Of a stretch of 64,000 nucleotides of DNA, positions 1 to 13,849 are shown in pieces. This DNA comes from Octopus bimaculoides. Taxonomy: Eukaryota. The stretch's first letter is position 1. Every line of letters begins with the position of its first letter. The notes under the pieces were generated by a model. It made no database searches, was not told the origin of the DNA, and saw only the letters and a list, made by a program, of their open reading frames with translations. The position numbers and the translations under genes were made by a program. Location: the NCBI RefSeq assembly GCF_001194135.2, contig NC_068982.1, positions 139,795,260-139,859,259 on the forward strand, written 5' to 3'.

Positions 1-334
1 AAGAAACTTACAGGGAATGTGACTAGAACATAGCAAGACATCACGAGGCAGAGAAACAGTGGATATACAAGAAATACGGAAATGGACATAATTCGCGGTG
101 CGACCGTTTGTGGACAGATGAGGGAAAAAACGAAATAAATAGAAAGAATATAGCGTTAGAGTTAGGCGGATGTAACAAAAATGGTAATACATTCAAAGCA
201 AAATAAATATTAATACATATACAACAAAGCAGCCGTAAGGCTAGCAGACAGACAAATGTGGAGTAACGCAAAGGAGACATGAAAAATGTCCTAAAGTACT
301 AAAGACAGGAGAAAGGCTGAATGATATACAGTAA

Positions 335-467
335 ATGGATTTCGACACAGTTTCCATCAACCAGGTTCAATTTGAAGGCATTCATAGACCCAGTACTACA
401 GTAGAATACACTTTTCCATTGTGCAAAGCAATGGACCTGAACCCAAAATTATGTGATTCGAAACGGG
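335..467 (-). mobile_element. Decayed 5' half of tRNA-headed SINE family A (CORE-like)
   Basis: Degenerate match (cagtttccatcaaccagg...gtagaatacacttttcc...ggacctgaacccaaaattatgtg) to the reverse complement of the family A head seen at 27500 and 63313. Confidence 0.5.
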
Positions 468-1647
468 GTAATTTCATTAATGTATGACAACATGGAAAAT
501 ACCTTTATATGACCACAAGATATTTTTTTCCGTTATTATAATTGTACTTGTGGCTGCGTTGTAAGAAAAAAATATCAAGAAATACATTTGAAATTATTCA
601 CTTAACTAAATTTGTTCAAGACGTGAATTATTTAATTACCTAATTATCTAATTACCTTTGCTCACCGTATATCTAAGGCTACGCAGTTACTTCCGTTCAA
701 CATTCTTTATGATAGGCATGGTATCATTTAATCGAATCATGGAAGCTATTCCTAGCAGCAAATCTTATCTCATAAAATCTTATAGTTTAGGACACCATTA
801 ATTCGGTCCACTTCGTTTCAGTTTTATATCTTCGCTTTAGAATTGTGTTATAGTTTTGGGGTATTCACTACAAATGCAACATGACGAATTATTTGCATCA
901 GTAGATTTTAGAACAATTCGTGATTTACTAAGTTACAAAATGCTAAAAATAATTTATATTATTTCACACTTACAATAGTATATACAATGATATAGGACAT
1001 TGTGAGTATATCCTTCAGCTATAAACGTTGAATAAATTTCGAAAAATAGGTGTAAAACAGCATGCACAGAAGCACTTGAACGCAGACATACACATGTGTG
1101 CGTGTGTGCGTGTGTGTGTGTGAGTTCGTGTGTGTGTATGTAATTATGTCTTAAAATATTCACTGCCTACTTAAGCGAATAAAATTAAAGAAACATTTTT
1201 AAAGTCGGCTAAATATATTTTAAAAAGTGCAGATTGCCCGTAAGTAAAGGAATATTTTCTGCTATACTAAACAGATTTCGAGGAGCAAGTGTATCATTGC
1301 AAATGGTATTCAGTCAGTGAATGCTGAACCAATTTGATTTACTTCCTTCATTTGGGTCTACTCTATACTTTGTCGATTTGAGATAAACATTTGGAGATGC
1401 CTGAAGGTCATATTTTCATACGTATTCATTTACCTACACACACTCACGCACACGCACACATACACATACACACATGTATACCAGCATGCACACATAAAAC
1501 ATCACCTGCACAAAAATACAAACACATGTATGCATGTATGTATGTGTATATGTATCTGTGTCTATACAAAGGTATGTTTGCGTGTGTTGGGAATTGCCAC
1601 TTCCGCGGGAGGAGAGATGATTTAGCAATTTAAAAACATACAAATTG

Positions 1648-1649
<2 letters not shown>

Positions 1650-1682
<33 letters not shown>

Positions 1683-1818
1683 NNNNNNNNNNNNNNNNNN
1701 NNNNNNNNNNNNNNNNNNNNNNNNNNNNNNNNNNNNNATATATGTGTGTGTGTGTGTGTATGTGTGTGTATGTGTGTGTGTGTGTGTGTGTGCGTGTACG
1801 TGTGTGTGTGTGTGCGTG
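1650..1818. repeat. (TA)n / gap / (TG)n microsatellite
   Basis: Direct reading; N run at 1683-1737. Confidence 0.95.
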
Positions 1819-2399
1819 TCTATAATGTTTGGTATATTGCTAAAAGCTAGATATATTGTCATATATGAAGTGCTGAAAGTTTACGTTGCAAACCTGAGAA
1901 GAATTATCAGTGGAAACTCTATTCTGCCTGTTCTGAAATGTGTGACTGAATCCAGAAAAAGCCGAAAGAAAAATAAAATATATATTTGTAGATAGCACAT
2001 CTATATTGCAGTCTGTGTATCCAAATATAGACGCACAACACGCACAAACACACAAGCAAGGACAACGCCACCACACATGCATACACACACACGCATATAC
2101 AGATATAAACATTAACATATCTATGTAGTTATACATCTCCCATAATCAGTTATAAAGATGTGTAGGTTTCATTTCATTACGGCTGTTTCAGGAGACTCCT
2201 TTAATTGATTAATGAAAACATTACATCATTTGAAAGAATGACCGTATAGACTACAAACATAAAGGACACAAGCATTTCCTTAACATATTCACATCAATAA
2301 TGGAATTCAAAGTACTTACATTGTTTCTCTTGTCATATCTGTGGTAGAATGAGTTTAGAAAATAATGCCTACGTTGCTAAGTCTACCAAAATTTAGAGA

Positions 2400-2570
2400 G
2401 TAGCAAAAGAAATATTGAGTCAGGATAAAAAGAGTGGTGACCTAGTTACTTATATTGAGAAAACTTTATGTAGAATGCAGTCTTCAACCACTTAGAATCA
2501 AATCCATTTGATGTTGTCTACTATAATCCAGTTGATAAATCAATTAATGTCAGACAATCTATTAGACTGT
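2400..2570 (-). mobile_element. Possible Penelope-like reverse transcriptase remnant
   Basis: Minus frame reads KLDIWFQYVDSLIDCLT..., resembling the PLE RT W.RYVDD motif; stops follow. The adjacent 2600-2960 is purine-rich on +, like the PLE 3' region at 5940-6780. Confidence 0.3.
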
Positions 2571-4326
2571 CAACGTACTGGAACCATATATCTAGCTTTA
2601 TCTACACAAAAGGGTAGGTCGTTGTAAAAAGGGAATGCCTGATGGGGGAAGGAATGATAACTGGAAGAAAGAAGGATGGGTGTGGTCAATAGTTATTTTA
2701 ATTATAAAATTAAAGAGGAATATAATGAAAAATCAAAGGGAGAAGTAATATAAATTTAGCGTAGAATTAAGAATTGAATGATACGGGAGATAATAAATTT
2801 ATGATATTAAAGTGAGAAAATTGAAATCAATATAGTGATGAAGGATAGAAATTAAATTAAAAATTTAATAATAGCATATTTTAATCTATAAAAACAAACT
2901 ATTAAGACTTCCTGAACAGTGTATATAAGATAATAATGAAGCATTCTATAATGAATGTATAACAGAATTAAATCATCATATGAACAGAAATTCATAGTAT
3001 ATTTTAAAGTAATATAAGAATTATTCTCTTCATTACTGGTGGGTATATATAAGATATTGTAAGAGATGGTATCCTACAAAACTCAACGCATTGAATGCAT
3101 AAATATTTAGTATCATCCATGAGAAAATATTATTGTGTTAAAAGCCAAGAATGAAAAAATACCCTTAAATAATACAAAATAATCAAATGCGAAAGCAAAT
3201 AAACATCCGAAAGCTACCAAGTCAAACGTGTTGCCAGTGTATTTGTTGCGGATGTTCTTGCAAACTTATTGAGAATATATGAAAGTTTCTACTATTAAAA
3301 ACAACTTGTTCATCAAAAATTTCTGTTTACTCCGTCAAAGGAAATTGATGCAGTGACGATTATACTGGACCAACAAATGCACCTTCAGAATGAGATTAAC
3401 GTTTCCTCAACAACAAATATGACTTAGCAGAACAAGACAAAAAGCAAACTCAGTTAACATTTGGACAAATGCGCAACAACTAAATGTCACAAATTCCTAG
3501 TCTTCCTCCTTTATCAAAGAGCTGCATATTCTACAGACCGAATACAAATAAAGAAAATGCATTTAATAAAAAATACAGACTATAGATGAACAGGCTATAC
3601 AAACACAAATAATACTGTGTAATAAAATTTTAATATTTTTATCCTTTGTCAGTAAGTGTTATTTTCTATTTATTTCTATCGAGAAATCAAGGGAAACAAA
3701 ACCTATTCCCTTCAGACTTTGCTTTTGTGACCTGGACATCAAAACTTTGAAACTAACCTGTTTTCCATTACATTTCAATTTATGCATCTCTGATCATGAG
3801 CAGGACTAGTGAGAGAGTATCATAGCCTATGATAACAATTGCTGCCCAAGGACAAAAATCGTGTTACATAGGTGTTTAAAACTTCCTTTTGACGAATGTG
3901 AATTACATCCTTTTAGAATTTCATTAATTACATTTTCACTTTATGCATAGTAAATTTCAGTTTCCTTCATTTCATTCTCACAGATTTTCATTCAGTCTAC
4001 TTTATCTATCCTCATGAGCGTATGAGCGTGCGTAGTATGTTACTCTCATTAACTGAACATAACTCATTTCTTTATCAGTCTCTCCTTCTTTATGTTTGCT
4101 CTGTAAATACAACATATTTAAATGTATATTTATTTTTATTCACCAGATACTAGTCAGAAATTTTTGAATGCAGTTATATAATCAATTATGTACTGTAAAT
4201 AGATGGAAAATAACTTTTCTTTTGCATTAATAATAATTGTGAACATTTGCACGATTGTAAAATAATGAATTATTTACTAAAGTTGTATGTATAACACCAA
4301 AGAATCACCACACGTAGAATAAATAC

Positions 4327-4371
<45 letters not shown>

Positions 4372-5540
4372 TACTGAATACAGTCAACAACTTAAACAGC
4401 AATACGTTTAGGTGCACCTTCCACCATTCAGAACTATTGTCACATGACATGCACAAGACAAAACAAAAATTAAATAAAAAAAAAGATTAGCATAATCATT
4501 TATAGTTTTTATAATAATTCTTCTCTCAAAAATGCTCTTACATTTTCCCCTATATTTTATAAATCTGATATCTTAAATCCTGATATTGTAAGATTTTATA
4601 GACTCTTTATATATTTTTCATACATTTTATATGGTTTATTAATACTTTAATAGTTTAAAATTATTTCATATATCGCACTGTGTACTATGAACCTGAAATT
4701 ATTATGTTTATTACACATTATATTTCGTAAATTCATATATTTTATGTTATGTTTTCGTACCTTTATACCTTTTATATTTTTTATTTTTTATATTATATTT
4801 TATATTTATATTCTTTTTATACATTTATTTTTTATTTCTTTATATATTTAATGTTTTATAGCCTAAAAATCTAGTGGCAATTTATACTTTTTTTCATTAA
4901 ATTCTGTATATACTTAAATCTCATATTATTATGTATTAAATTATTTAGTTATATTTGAAATTCTTTTCTAGCCGTTATCTATACATTTATATTTTGCTTT
5001 AACGGTATAAGTGACTTAAGATAAAATGTAACCCTTTTCTTTCCCTCTTAACTTATACTCCACCCATAATCCTTTAGGAGGTATTCCATTTAGCAGTTCA
5101 TTTACCTCACCTTTATTAGCAATCAGTATGTCCTTTTTTACTTTCAATTATCACTCACCTATCAGATATTCTCGTTTACCACGCCAAGAACTACCCGATG
5201 GTGTTGATATAGCCGGATGTAAAGTTCAATATTCTAACGTTCTGTCATGATAGTAAATAATTCATAACACCCTAAAGATTTTATTTTTAGATGTTTTGAA
5301 GACTATATCTCCCTATAGTCTTCGAAGTGTAGGTAACGGGGTTACTATTCTCATTTATCCTGCACCTTTAGCTTATGTTAATTTCTAGTTTGTGTGTCGC
5401 TATATAGTCCTTTTTATCTTTTTTCATTCTGTAAAAAAAATTGCAGCGGAATCATTGCAAATATTTGCTCTCTCTCTTCATGTGAATAGGAGTCGCTTGA
5501 AACGGCCGTAATGAATTGACACTTTGCATCTGTTTTACTC

Positions 5541-5542
5541 AT

Positions 5543-5612
<70 letters not shown>
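5541..5612. repeat. (TACA)n(TA)n microsatellite
   Basis: Direct reading. Confidence 0.95.
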
Positions 5613-5614
<2 letters not shown>

Positions 5615-5870
5615 CACTAAATAATAATACAACTGATATGAATTTATTGGATTATGGAGAATTTAAAAATCGCTATACCAATCATACAGGCTCCTTCCTA
5701 CGTAGGGACAAAAGTAAAGCTACGAAGTTGGCTAGCTACTTATGGACTTTGAAAGATAACGAAACACCGCGTATCATTAAATGGAAAGTAATTGAGAATC
5801 CATACCTTATGTGAATGGGTCAAATAAATGTAGAATTGTTTGGGAGAAAGAGCGGAGATCCTGTTTATAT
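5613..5870 (+). mobile_element. Penelope-like element GIY-YIG endonuclease C-terminal fragment (frameshifted)
   Basis: YGEFKNRYTNHTGSFLRRDKSKATKLASYLWTLKDNETPRIIKWKVIENP / YVNGSNKCRI matches the PLE pattern FK.RY.NH..SF...T.LS.YIW.LK...I.W.I...PY...S..C.LC. Confidence 0.85.
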
Positions 5871-5939
5871 GGCATTTAATGAAGGAACGTTCGTCTTATA
5901 ACTCTTACTGAAATAATTAGGATATCCCGTCATCAAAGA

Positions 5940-7700
5940 CAATATGAGAAAAGAGGGAAATAGTAGAGTTCAATAGAAAGAGTTATTTTGGAAAATGGTA
6001 TAAATGGAAATAAGAGAATAAAAAGAAATAGTAAAAATATATATACAGGACGTTACAGCAGCAGTTCAATTATCCAAAGGAAGTGTTGTATAGGGGCGAA
6101 ATGTTTCTTGTCCATGGTATGTAGATTCCGATAAGATTCATATTTTGTTATTAGAAGTGGATAGTCTGGAGACATAGATCCCATGTGTTGTTCATTCAAA
6201 TGGGACTTGTGGTGTGAATGAAATTTTTAGAACGTACTAGTCGGGGTAAGTAGATAGAAAGAAGTGAAAAGATATGTGTGTTAGGAGGAGAATGGTATTA
6301 GTTAAAAAGAATAGCAGATGAAAGAAGAAAGAAATCGGAAGGGAAAATGAGAAAAGGAGTGCTGGGAGGTGGTCAAGATATTGTGAGAAGGATGGGAGAG
6401 GAGAGCTATCAAAATAGAGGGAATAGGGTGGGAGGGATTGAAGGAAGAAACAAGAATATAAGGAAGGAATATGTGTGAGAATTTGGAGGTGGGGTGGTAT
6501 GTTTGAAAGGCGCTAAGTTAGAGAAATAGGCAAAGAAACTGGTACAGGGGGGTGTACTAGTGAGTAGTAAACCTGAAAAAGGAAGGGAAGAATATTAATA
6601 TATAATGGTGAGGTTTCTAAAAATATATATACACAGAAATATACACACATGTCTATATATGTATTATTAGACAATTAAAAAATTAAAATTAAAACTTGAA
6701 AAAAGTTAAAGAAGTAAGACATTGGAAATTCAAATAAAGGTGTTGGAGATTACCTAAGGAGTGTTCGGTATATGTATTGAGTGGTGATTTAGGTTGCATT
6801 TAGATTTGTAGCAAAATTTGAAGGCATAATAAAGCAATGATTGCATGTGCACAGGGCTCATTATACTTAGTTAGTAGTATTGTGTTTTAATATGTGGAAT
6901 ACCTCGTTTAAGCATAGTTTACAGGCTGAGCGCTGACCCTGGTATGGAAACCTTGGTATGAACCATGATAAATTATATAGAATATTCTTATTTTTGAGAT
7001 GTCATATTTGACTGACAAGGGTTGTACTTTACAGTGTTACTCATATCTAAAAGAATTGAGATGCCCAGCGTATCTCAATTTAATATTATAGATGACTATA
7101 TATATGGCTGTATAATTGTGTAGCGTGTTGGATGGTGCAATTGTAAATTACGTTAGACCTGCAGTGGGTTTGTTGATGGTATTCGGTTCCAGTGGAGCGG
7201 TTATATGGGAGTCAATTATGGGGATTATTTTCAGGAATAGAGGAAGTAATACAGTCTGAGGAGAGGTTAGTGATGGGATGAGATTGGTCTATGTTATTAA
7301 CATTACTATTACTAATATTATTTCCATTTCTATCGTTGTTATTATTTATCGTGCCTGTAATTATGGTTGAAGTTGAGGTAGTAGTATTCTAGTTAGTGTT
7401 AATATGATTGGTTTGGTTTCCGCTATGGGCTAAAGTATAGGGCTCGATAGTGTAGATATGTATATGTTGGATGCTCGTGTAATCAAAGTTGTATGTTTTA
7501 TTAGTAGAGAGAAAGTTTTCGGGTAATCAAAGTTGTATATTTTAATAGTAGAGAAACGGTTTTCGTGTATGATAGCTGTTATGAGAGACTCAGGGTGGTT
7601 AGGAATAGGAGAGCTTTAAATTAGATCTATTAAAGATAGAGTAATATTTATGTTTACGAGGGAAGTTGGTGTCTAGTATATTAAAAAGGATTTGGTTGAA
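5940..7700 (-). mobile_element. Decayed Penelope-like element: linker, GIY-YIG domain and pyrimidine-rich 3' region
   Basis: Minus frames give FNRSNLKLSYS (PLE linker FNR..VKVSYSC), HCRSNVIYNCTI, IKLRYAGHLNSFRYE and HLKNKNILYNLSWFIPRFPYQGQRSACKLCLNEVFHIL at about 6830-7660, with stops and frameshifts. Confidence 0.8.
7479..7566. repeat. 44-bp tandem duplication inside the PLE remnant
   Basis: gtaatcaaagttgtatgttttattagtagagagaaagttttcgg followed by gtaatcaaagttgtatattttaatagtagagaaacggttttcgt. Confidence 0.85.
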
Positions 7701-7755
7701 AATATATATATTTGTGAGGGTTTGACATGCATCTTCAGCCAGCAGGTGTTGCTAC

Positions 7756-7798
7756 TTCAGGCTGATGAGGAGCAATGACTCAGAAACATGTCCCTGAA
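7756..7798 (+). ncRNA. Minimal type I hammerhead ribozyme motif (PLE-type)
   Basis: TTCAGG-CTGATGA-GGAG-CAATGA-CTCA-GAAA-CATG-TC-CCTGAA: 6-bp stem I, full catalytic core, palindromic ACATGT stem III and a GUC site. The stem II closing pair is a G-A mismatch. Confidence 0.75.
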
Positions 7799-9062
7799 TG
7801 CAGACTAGGCTTGGTGGTGGAGCTTGTTTCCCCCTCGCAAATATAAGGACACAGGAAACGTGTCAGGGCCGACAGGAAGCAGTCCAGCTTCCTAGGTCTA
7901 AATAGCAGCAGTATGATTCCCTTATTGGGACTGTCACATTAAGTTGACAGTATACAACTGCTTTATCGTAACACTGGTGCTTAATTCTCTGTGTGAGATT
8001 TATAATTAGATCATTTCTAATTTTTATAATTATATATATATATGTCAAGTCGTATTATTACGGTTATATAAAGTAATGCTATGGCTTTGGTCTTAGCAAG
8101 TGGTATTTATACCCTACTTTTCTGAATTTACTTCGTATTATATATANNNNNNNNNNNNNNNNNNNNNNNNNNNNNNNNNNNNNNNNNNNNNNNNNNNNNN
8201 NNNNNNNNNNNNNNNNNNNNNNNNNNNNNNNNNNNNNNNNNNNNNNNNNNNNNNNNNNNNNNNNNNNNNATACGGACATATTTAAATATTAGTATCTATA
8301 AATATAACTAAATATAACCAACCGTATTTATATTGGTATATTTATACACATGCATTCCTATACCTTCATTTTATCATTTATATACACAAATGCATGCGCA
8401 TATATATGAGATAGAGCGTCCATATGGAATAAATACACTCAATATACACTCAATATACACTCAGTATCAACTTATATATCATAAATAATTGTTTGTGTGT
8501 GTTTGTTTGTGAGTGTGAGTATATCTGTTTATGGATGAAAGTATGGCGCACACTGAAGTTTGTGTGATTTTCCAGACGTAGTCGTATTCGAGTATGTAGG
8601 ATAAATCGTATGGAAACAAAAGAACACAAATCAATTAATCGCATAGAAGGGAGAAAATATACAATCGCATAGAAATTAAATGTCTATGACATTTTCGTTG
8701 CGATTAATGACATGTTGGTTGATGACTACAATACAAAGCAATTAATATTCGGAGAAACGTGGAACATCTGGTCCGTAATGTGAAGTAATCATGCAGAAAA
8801 TATATTTTCTATTATAAATTCCTATAGAGGGAGATATTATTGAAATCGAAATTATTGCTCCCCGTTGTTTGGAATAAAAAAATAATGCGAGATGTATTAT
8901 TATGTATTTTCATAGTCGATTCCGAGTGTAATAGTAAGAAGGGTTTGGTTTAGTTGCAGTCATATGATTTCCAATTTAGTAAGCGCAGGTGAGAAGCATA
9001 TATACGTTACTACGTACACACACATTATGTGAATGTGCATGTATGCATGCATGTATGTATAA

Positions 9063-9095
<33 letters not shown>

Positions 9096-9177
9096 CACAC
9101 ACACACATACATGCATACGTACATATACACGTATGCATATGTATGGATAGAGTCTGACTGCGTACACTCAAGTACAC

Positions 9178-9179
<2 letters not shown>

Positions 9180-9243
<64 letters not shown>

Positions 9244-9249
9244 CATCTA

Positions 9250-9301
<52 letters not shown>

Positions 9302-9302
9302 C
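9180..9302. repeat. (ATCT)n microsatellite
   Basis: Direct reading. Confidence 0.95.
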
Positions 9303-9497
9303 CTATATATCTCTCCCTCCCCTCTCGCTCTATGTATATATATAACAAATTACAGTGACGAAGAGTAGCATATGAATGAGGAGATAAAATGAATACTTAG
9401 GTAAGTTTCTTTTATAAAGTTAATGGAAACATATAAACAATAATACATAAACATATATCAACAGCGGTCAAAAGCATTCGTGTGTTAATTCAGTACA

Positions 9498-9613
<116 letters not shown>

Positions 9614-9624
9614 TATTCTTATTA

Positions 9625-9715
9625 AAATGGGTCCGTGGAAAAACTCATTTACATAAAGCCTTGGGAACCACTGTTGGAAGCCAATGTGAAAAGGTTAAGA
9701 CCAACTGCTTTAAGG
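9625..9715. mobile_element. hAT/Charlie-like MITE terminal remnants
   Basis: ttgggaaccactg (reverse complement CAGTGGTTCCCAA) and aaaaggttaagaccaactg resemble hAT-type termini; no partner end or 8-bp TSD identified. Confidence 0.35.
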
Positions 9716-11407
9716 CATCGTAAAAGTGAACCCGTGGTTGTACTGACGTTGCTTAAGAGCGGCCCGGTTGAACCGACATATTTCTGTGTCTGTGCACTGG
9801 ATGTCCTATCATACCTGATTTTTGTTTTGTTAATTAAGTGTCTGATGTCGATGGTGATGTTTTATATATACATACATGTTGTTAGTGACAGAGTACCTGG
9901 AATGCGATATAACAGATGTTAACTCTCCCTCATATGACAAATGGTATATGCGAGAGCAATGCATCAGTTAACCGTGAAATATATTCATTTAGGTACACGT
10001 AAAACTTAAGAAAAAATGATTTACATAAGCACATATACTAAAATTCATGAACGACTTGGTTTTCAATTTATGAAAAATTAAGGATTAATGAACCGTTCAG
10101 AAACACCCTAACATAAATGACACACAGTGAATTTAAAATACAACAGACGAAGCTTCGATACAACTCTGTCAATTAGACATACTTACCCATGTAATAATGC
10201 ACACACACGCTCGTGTTCGTATATCCACGCTCTCATATGTGTATACGTAGGTGTATATGTCTAATACATTTTCTTGGTATGTCTTTCTTATTGTTGTTTA
10301 ATTGTATTCTTTAAAATTCTGCTCTACAATCGAATCAACGCGTCTTCTACTGCATTGGGCTTATATTTTATGATTCAGTAATACCTGATCTGTATCGCAC
10401 ACATGTGTCTAGGAACGAAGTGTACGTGTTATCGGCCCTGCTAAGTTGAGGCACCGCTAATTTGTATTCGAATATTTGATGCCAATATTCACATTAATTT
10501 CAAACGTACACTATGACATAATCTGCAGAATCTTAATATAAATCTCTTTGCGTCACTTATTCGCTTTCCGTTGCAGTTTTAATGATTTCGGACAAGAATT
10601 GTCATTCATCATGCTACTAAAGATAAATTAGTAGTCATTCAAATGTCCGTATTGCTGTTACACTTCCTTCTGAAACTGGTGGTTTTACGTCCTTTCTCTG
10701 GAAAATAAGAATCAAGTGTTTCGTGAAAGAGACTGTTTTTTGCTGAAACTGCCAGATATTGTAATGAGTAAATAAACCCCGACAACACAGTATACCTTTT
10801 TTTAACGGACATATTTCGGTTTGATCTACTGCAAACTAAAAAAAAAAAAAAAAACCGATGCGAAGATTTTGGATTTTGCGCCATTCAAAATATATTAACT
10901 TCTATAATCTTTAATTCCGCTGTAGTTTTTTCTTAAAATTTTAGAGCGGTTCACATATACGAAACAAAACAAATATTATTCGCGTTTGTAAGTCGAAAGC
11001 GCCTTCGTTTGTTGTGTATTACGCACATCGTCATAAATGGCAGACGAATAGTTTTGGTTGCGGTCAACAAAGGTGACGTTTGTGTTTGTATAATGGGTTG
11101 CTGTTTAATTTCAGAAATTTTAGACTTGAATTAAACCAGCTGCTAGTCTTGTTCTTTCTCTCCAAAAGGAACCTACAAAAGGTTATAATAGTTTTAACTC
11201 AGTACTTTTATAATTAGTGACTGAATGCATGCCTCCTCAAGTACATAGAAGAACGGTTTCAGTCCCAACTTTCGTGTATGTTTACTATATAAATATATTT
11301 TTTCAAGTAATAACTACAGCACTAAAGTTTGTTCTAAAAGAGCACCCGCATCCAGTCGGGGATAAATATTATCTCTCGACATAAATACTGCTTCTGTTGC
11401 TAATATA

Positions 11408-12250
11408 CGAGGTCTGATCGGTAAGTATCCGGATTGTTGCTATAATAACGAAACTAAAGCTCGTAGAATGAAAATATACAAGGTTCGATCAATAAGAATC
11501 ATAATAACGAAGCTAAAGTACACAGAGTAAAGCTGCTTAGCACAAATTGACCTTAAACGCTGCTTTGCGTGTGCAGTAAGTTTTAACGTTCTAGCTCACT
11601 TCCGCTGTTTACAGCAGTGCTTGGAAGAAAGATGTGTAGCGCGTGATCACTGCATTGATCATAACTGAGAAATCTGTCAAGGAGGAAGCTGCTCCGAGGT
11701 CGATGCAAAGATGCAGAAAGTGTATGGAGAGAAGTGTATGAGCAGCACACAAGTGTGCGTTCTGGGAGACTCGCAAACAGCAGAACGGAGAAAAACATCG
11801 CCGTGATTGATCAAAGGATGTGCAGATTAGTTACGGTTCAGTTTAGTCCATTGCCACTGGTGATTTGGGTATAAGACGCTTGTCTGCCAAATGTGTGCCA
11901 AAACGGCTTTCAGCTGACCAGACAGGGTTTCAGATGCACACGATTTCCTTGATTGTGTCGATAATGATGAAAATTTCTGAAAACTATGAGCATGATTCTG
12001 ATTAGGTATCGCCAAACTTTTGGCAATATTTAATGCAGTTTCGCTGCTCCATCATGGTCTATGCAACTATCACACGCTACACACCTTCCTTCCAAGGACT
12101 GTTGTAAACAGCGGAATTGAGTTAGGACGTTTAAAATTAGTGTGAATGCATTGCAGAGTTCGTGTCACCTTGTACCAAGCACAACTTTAGTCTGTCTGCT
12201 TTAGCTTCGTTACTACGGCAACAGTCCGGAGTCTTATTGATCAGACCACG
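11408..12250 (+). mobile_element. Mariner-derived non-autonomous element with two inverted left ends
   Basis: TA|CGAGGTCTGATCGGTAAGTATCCGGATTGTTGC ... GGCAACAGTCCGGAGTCTTATTGATCAGACCACG|TA. Internal remnants EVDAKMQKVYGEKCMSSTQV and GDLGIRRLSAKCVPKRLSADQ are mariner transposase N-terminal motifs. Confidence 0.85.
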
Positions 12251-13849
12251 TAAATTTTTTAACAAGCTTACTGGATAACCAGTATACACGTGCCTGTTCT
12301 GTACTGATTTTTTATATATCGCTAGCGGGAGGATGAGACGTTGATGCCTTTCGCAGTCGAGCATCCATCATTGACAAGGCCAATGAAGGTCAAAACCACA
12401 TGATATGGTTGTCGAGACGACGTTGCAAGTGGTGGGGATATATATCTTACCTAGAGATGTAAACAAACATGCATTACGCACCAAAAATCAATATAGGAAT
12501 TTCTCTCGCTGGTATCTACAGTAGTGTAGTTTTAGTGGCGATAAATATTAAAGTTCTGGGGATTTATATCTTTAGTCGGCCATACACAACGATCTTGTTA
12601 CGTATGTGGAAATACAAATATTCAGATTTGGGTTAGGTAGATACAAGTTCAGAGTTATTGCAAGGTCACCTATCGTTCCTATTTATATTGTATATTTAAT
12701 ACATATAAAATCATCTAAATTCAACCGATTGTCTCCCTTGCCTTTTTAAGCAAAATCATTTATAAGCATTATTCCAATATGGGGTAACAACGCTAAGCCG
12801 TGATGTGTATAAATACAAAATTGTTACCAGTTCAAACATGTTTGGGGCATATGTTTAGAAATTCTAAGTCTGGTTAGGTGTCGCTGTGATCTGGCTCAGT
12901 GTATTTACACCTCTTTTTCGACAGCGAGAATATTTTTACATGACAAAATATGAACAGCTTTCTTATGTGTTTGAATACGCATATTTGATCTGGTAACAAC
13001 GTTGTATATATCATTCTGATATACTTACAATTTAAATTATGTAGATAAGTTGCACATGGTATATAACAATTCAATTCTCATTAAGGTATACGTTAGTCAT
13101 TCAATAGACTTCCTTGCGTTTTATTTGCATCCACTGTTTCATGTCATCCAGCAATACAATATGGATACACAAATATCCTTGGACTTCCGTTTATATTCTA
13201 ATGGCGATATATTTCCCTCTGCTTTGCTGATGAGGTTTGATACGACGGTCAGTTCTCTACACTGGCAACCGTAATCCCATCGGCAAGTGTATTTCTATAC
13301 TGCATTCCATACATATTAACTCATATTAATTGTACACAGCGAGTCTTATCCAAAACATTACCTGACCAGAATTAATTATTTAGAGAACTAAGTATTTTTA
13401 TTAATTAATTAATTTTTTATTTAAAATATTTTGGCTTACTACATCAAGTATGTTAACGTCTATATTAGTTTATTTTTCTTAAAGTTTATTTCATATAGAA
13501 TACTCCTAATTGTCTAAATTAAATGAAACATATTTTCTCGGATCTTGTTAAGACTTACAGTTTGTGATTAATTCAGAAGTGATTAATTAGTGCATATATT
13601 GCTGTATCTAATTAAATATATCTTAGTTTATTTGTTAAAATGTTGATTTGATTTCCTACCGACTATAATTTATTCCATACGCTGGAGGTATAAGTATTCA
13701 CCAAATCAACGAGAAATCGTATACGCTTCTAACATGACAGCAGAATGAGGCAATGGAATCTCTAGGACAGATATAGGAAAAACGGGGCTCTAAATGGCAA
13801 TGACGAATGTGCTGTAAGTTTTGTACTTATTTTTTTATACGCCCTTTTA

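Noticed and set aside
5298-5323. GAAGACTATA/TATAGTCTTC hairpin as a hammerhead stem II
   Set aside because: Neither CTGANGA nor GAAAC can be placed without several changes.
10638-10673. FKCPYCCYTSF, resembling the start of a C2H2 zinc finger
   Set aside because: A stop follows immediately and there are no histidines or neighbouring fingers.
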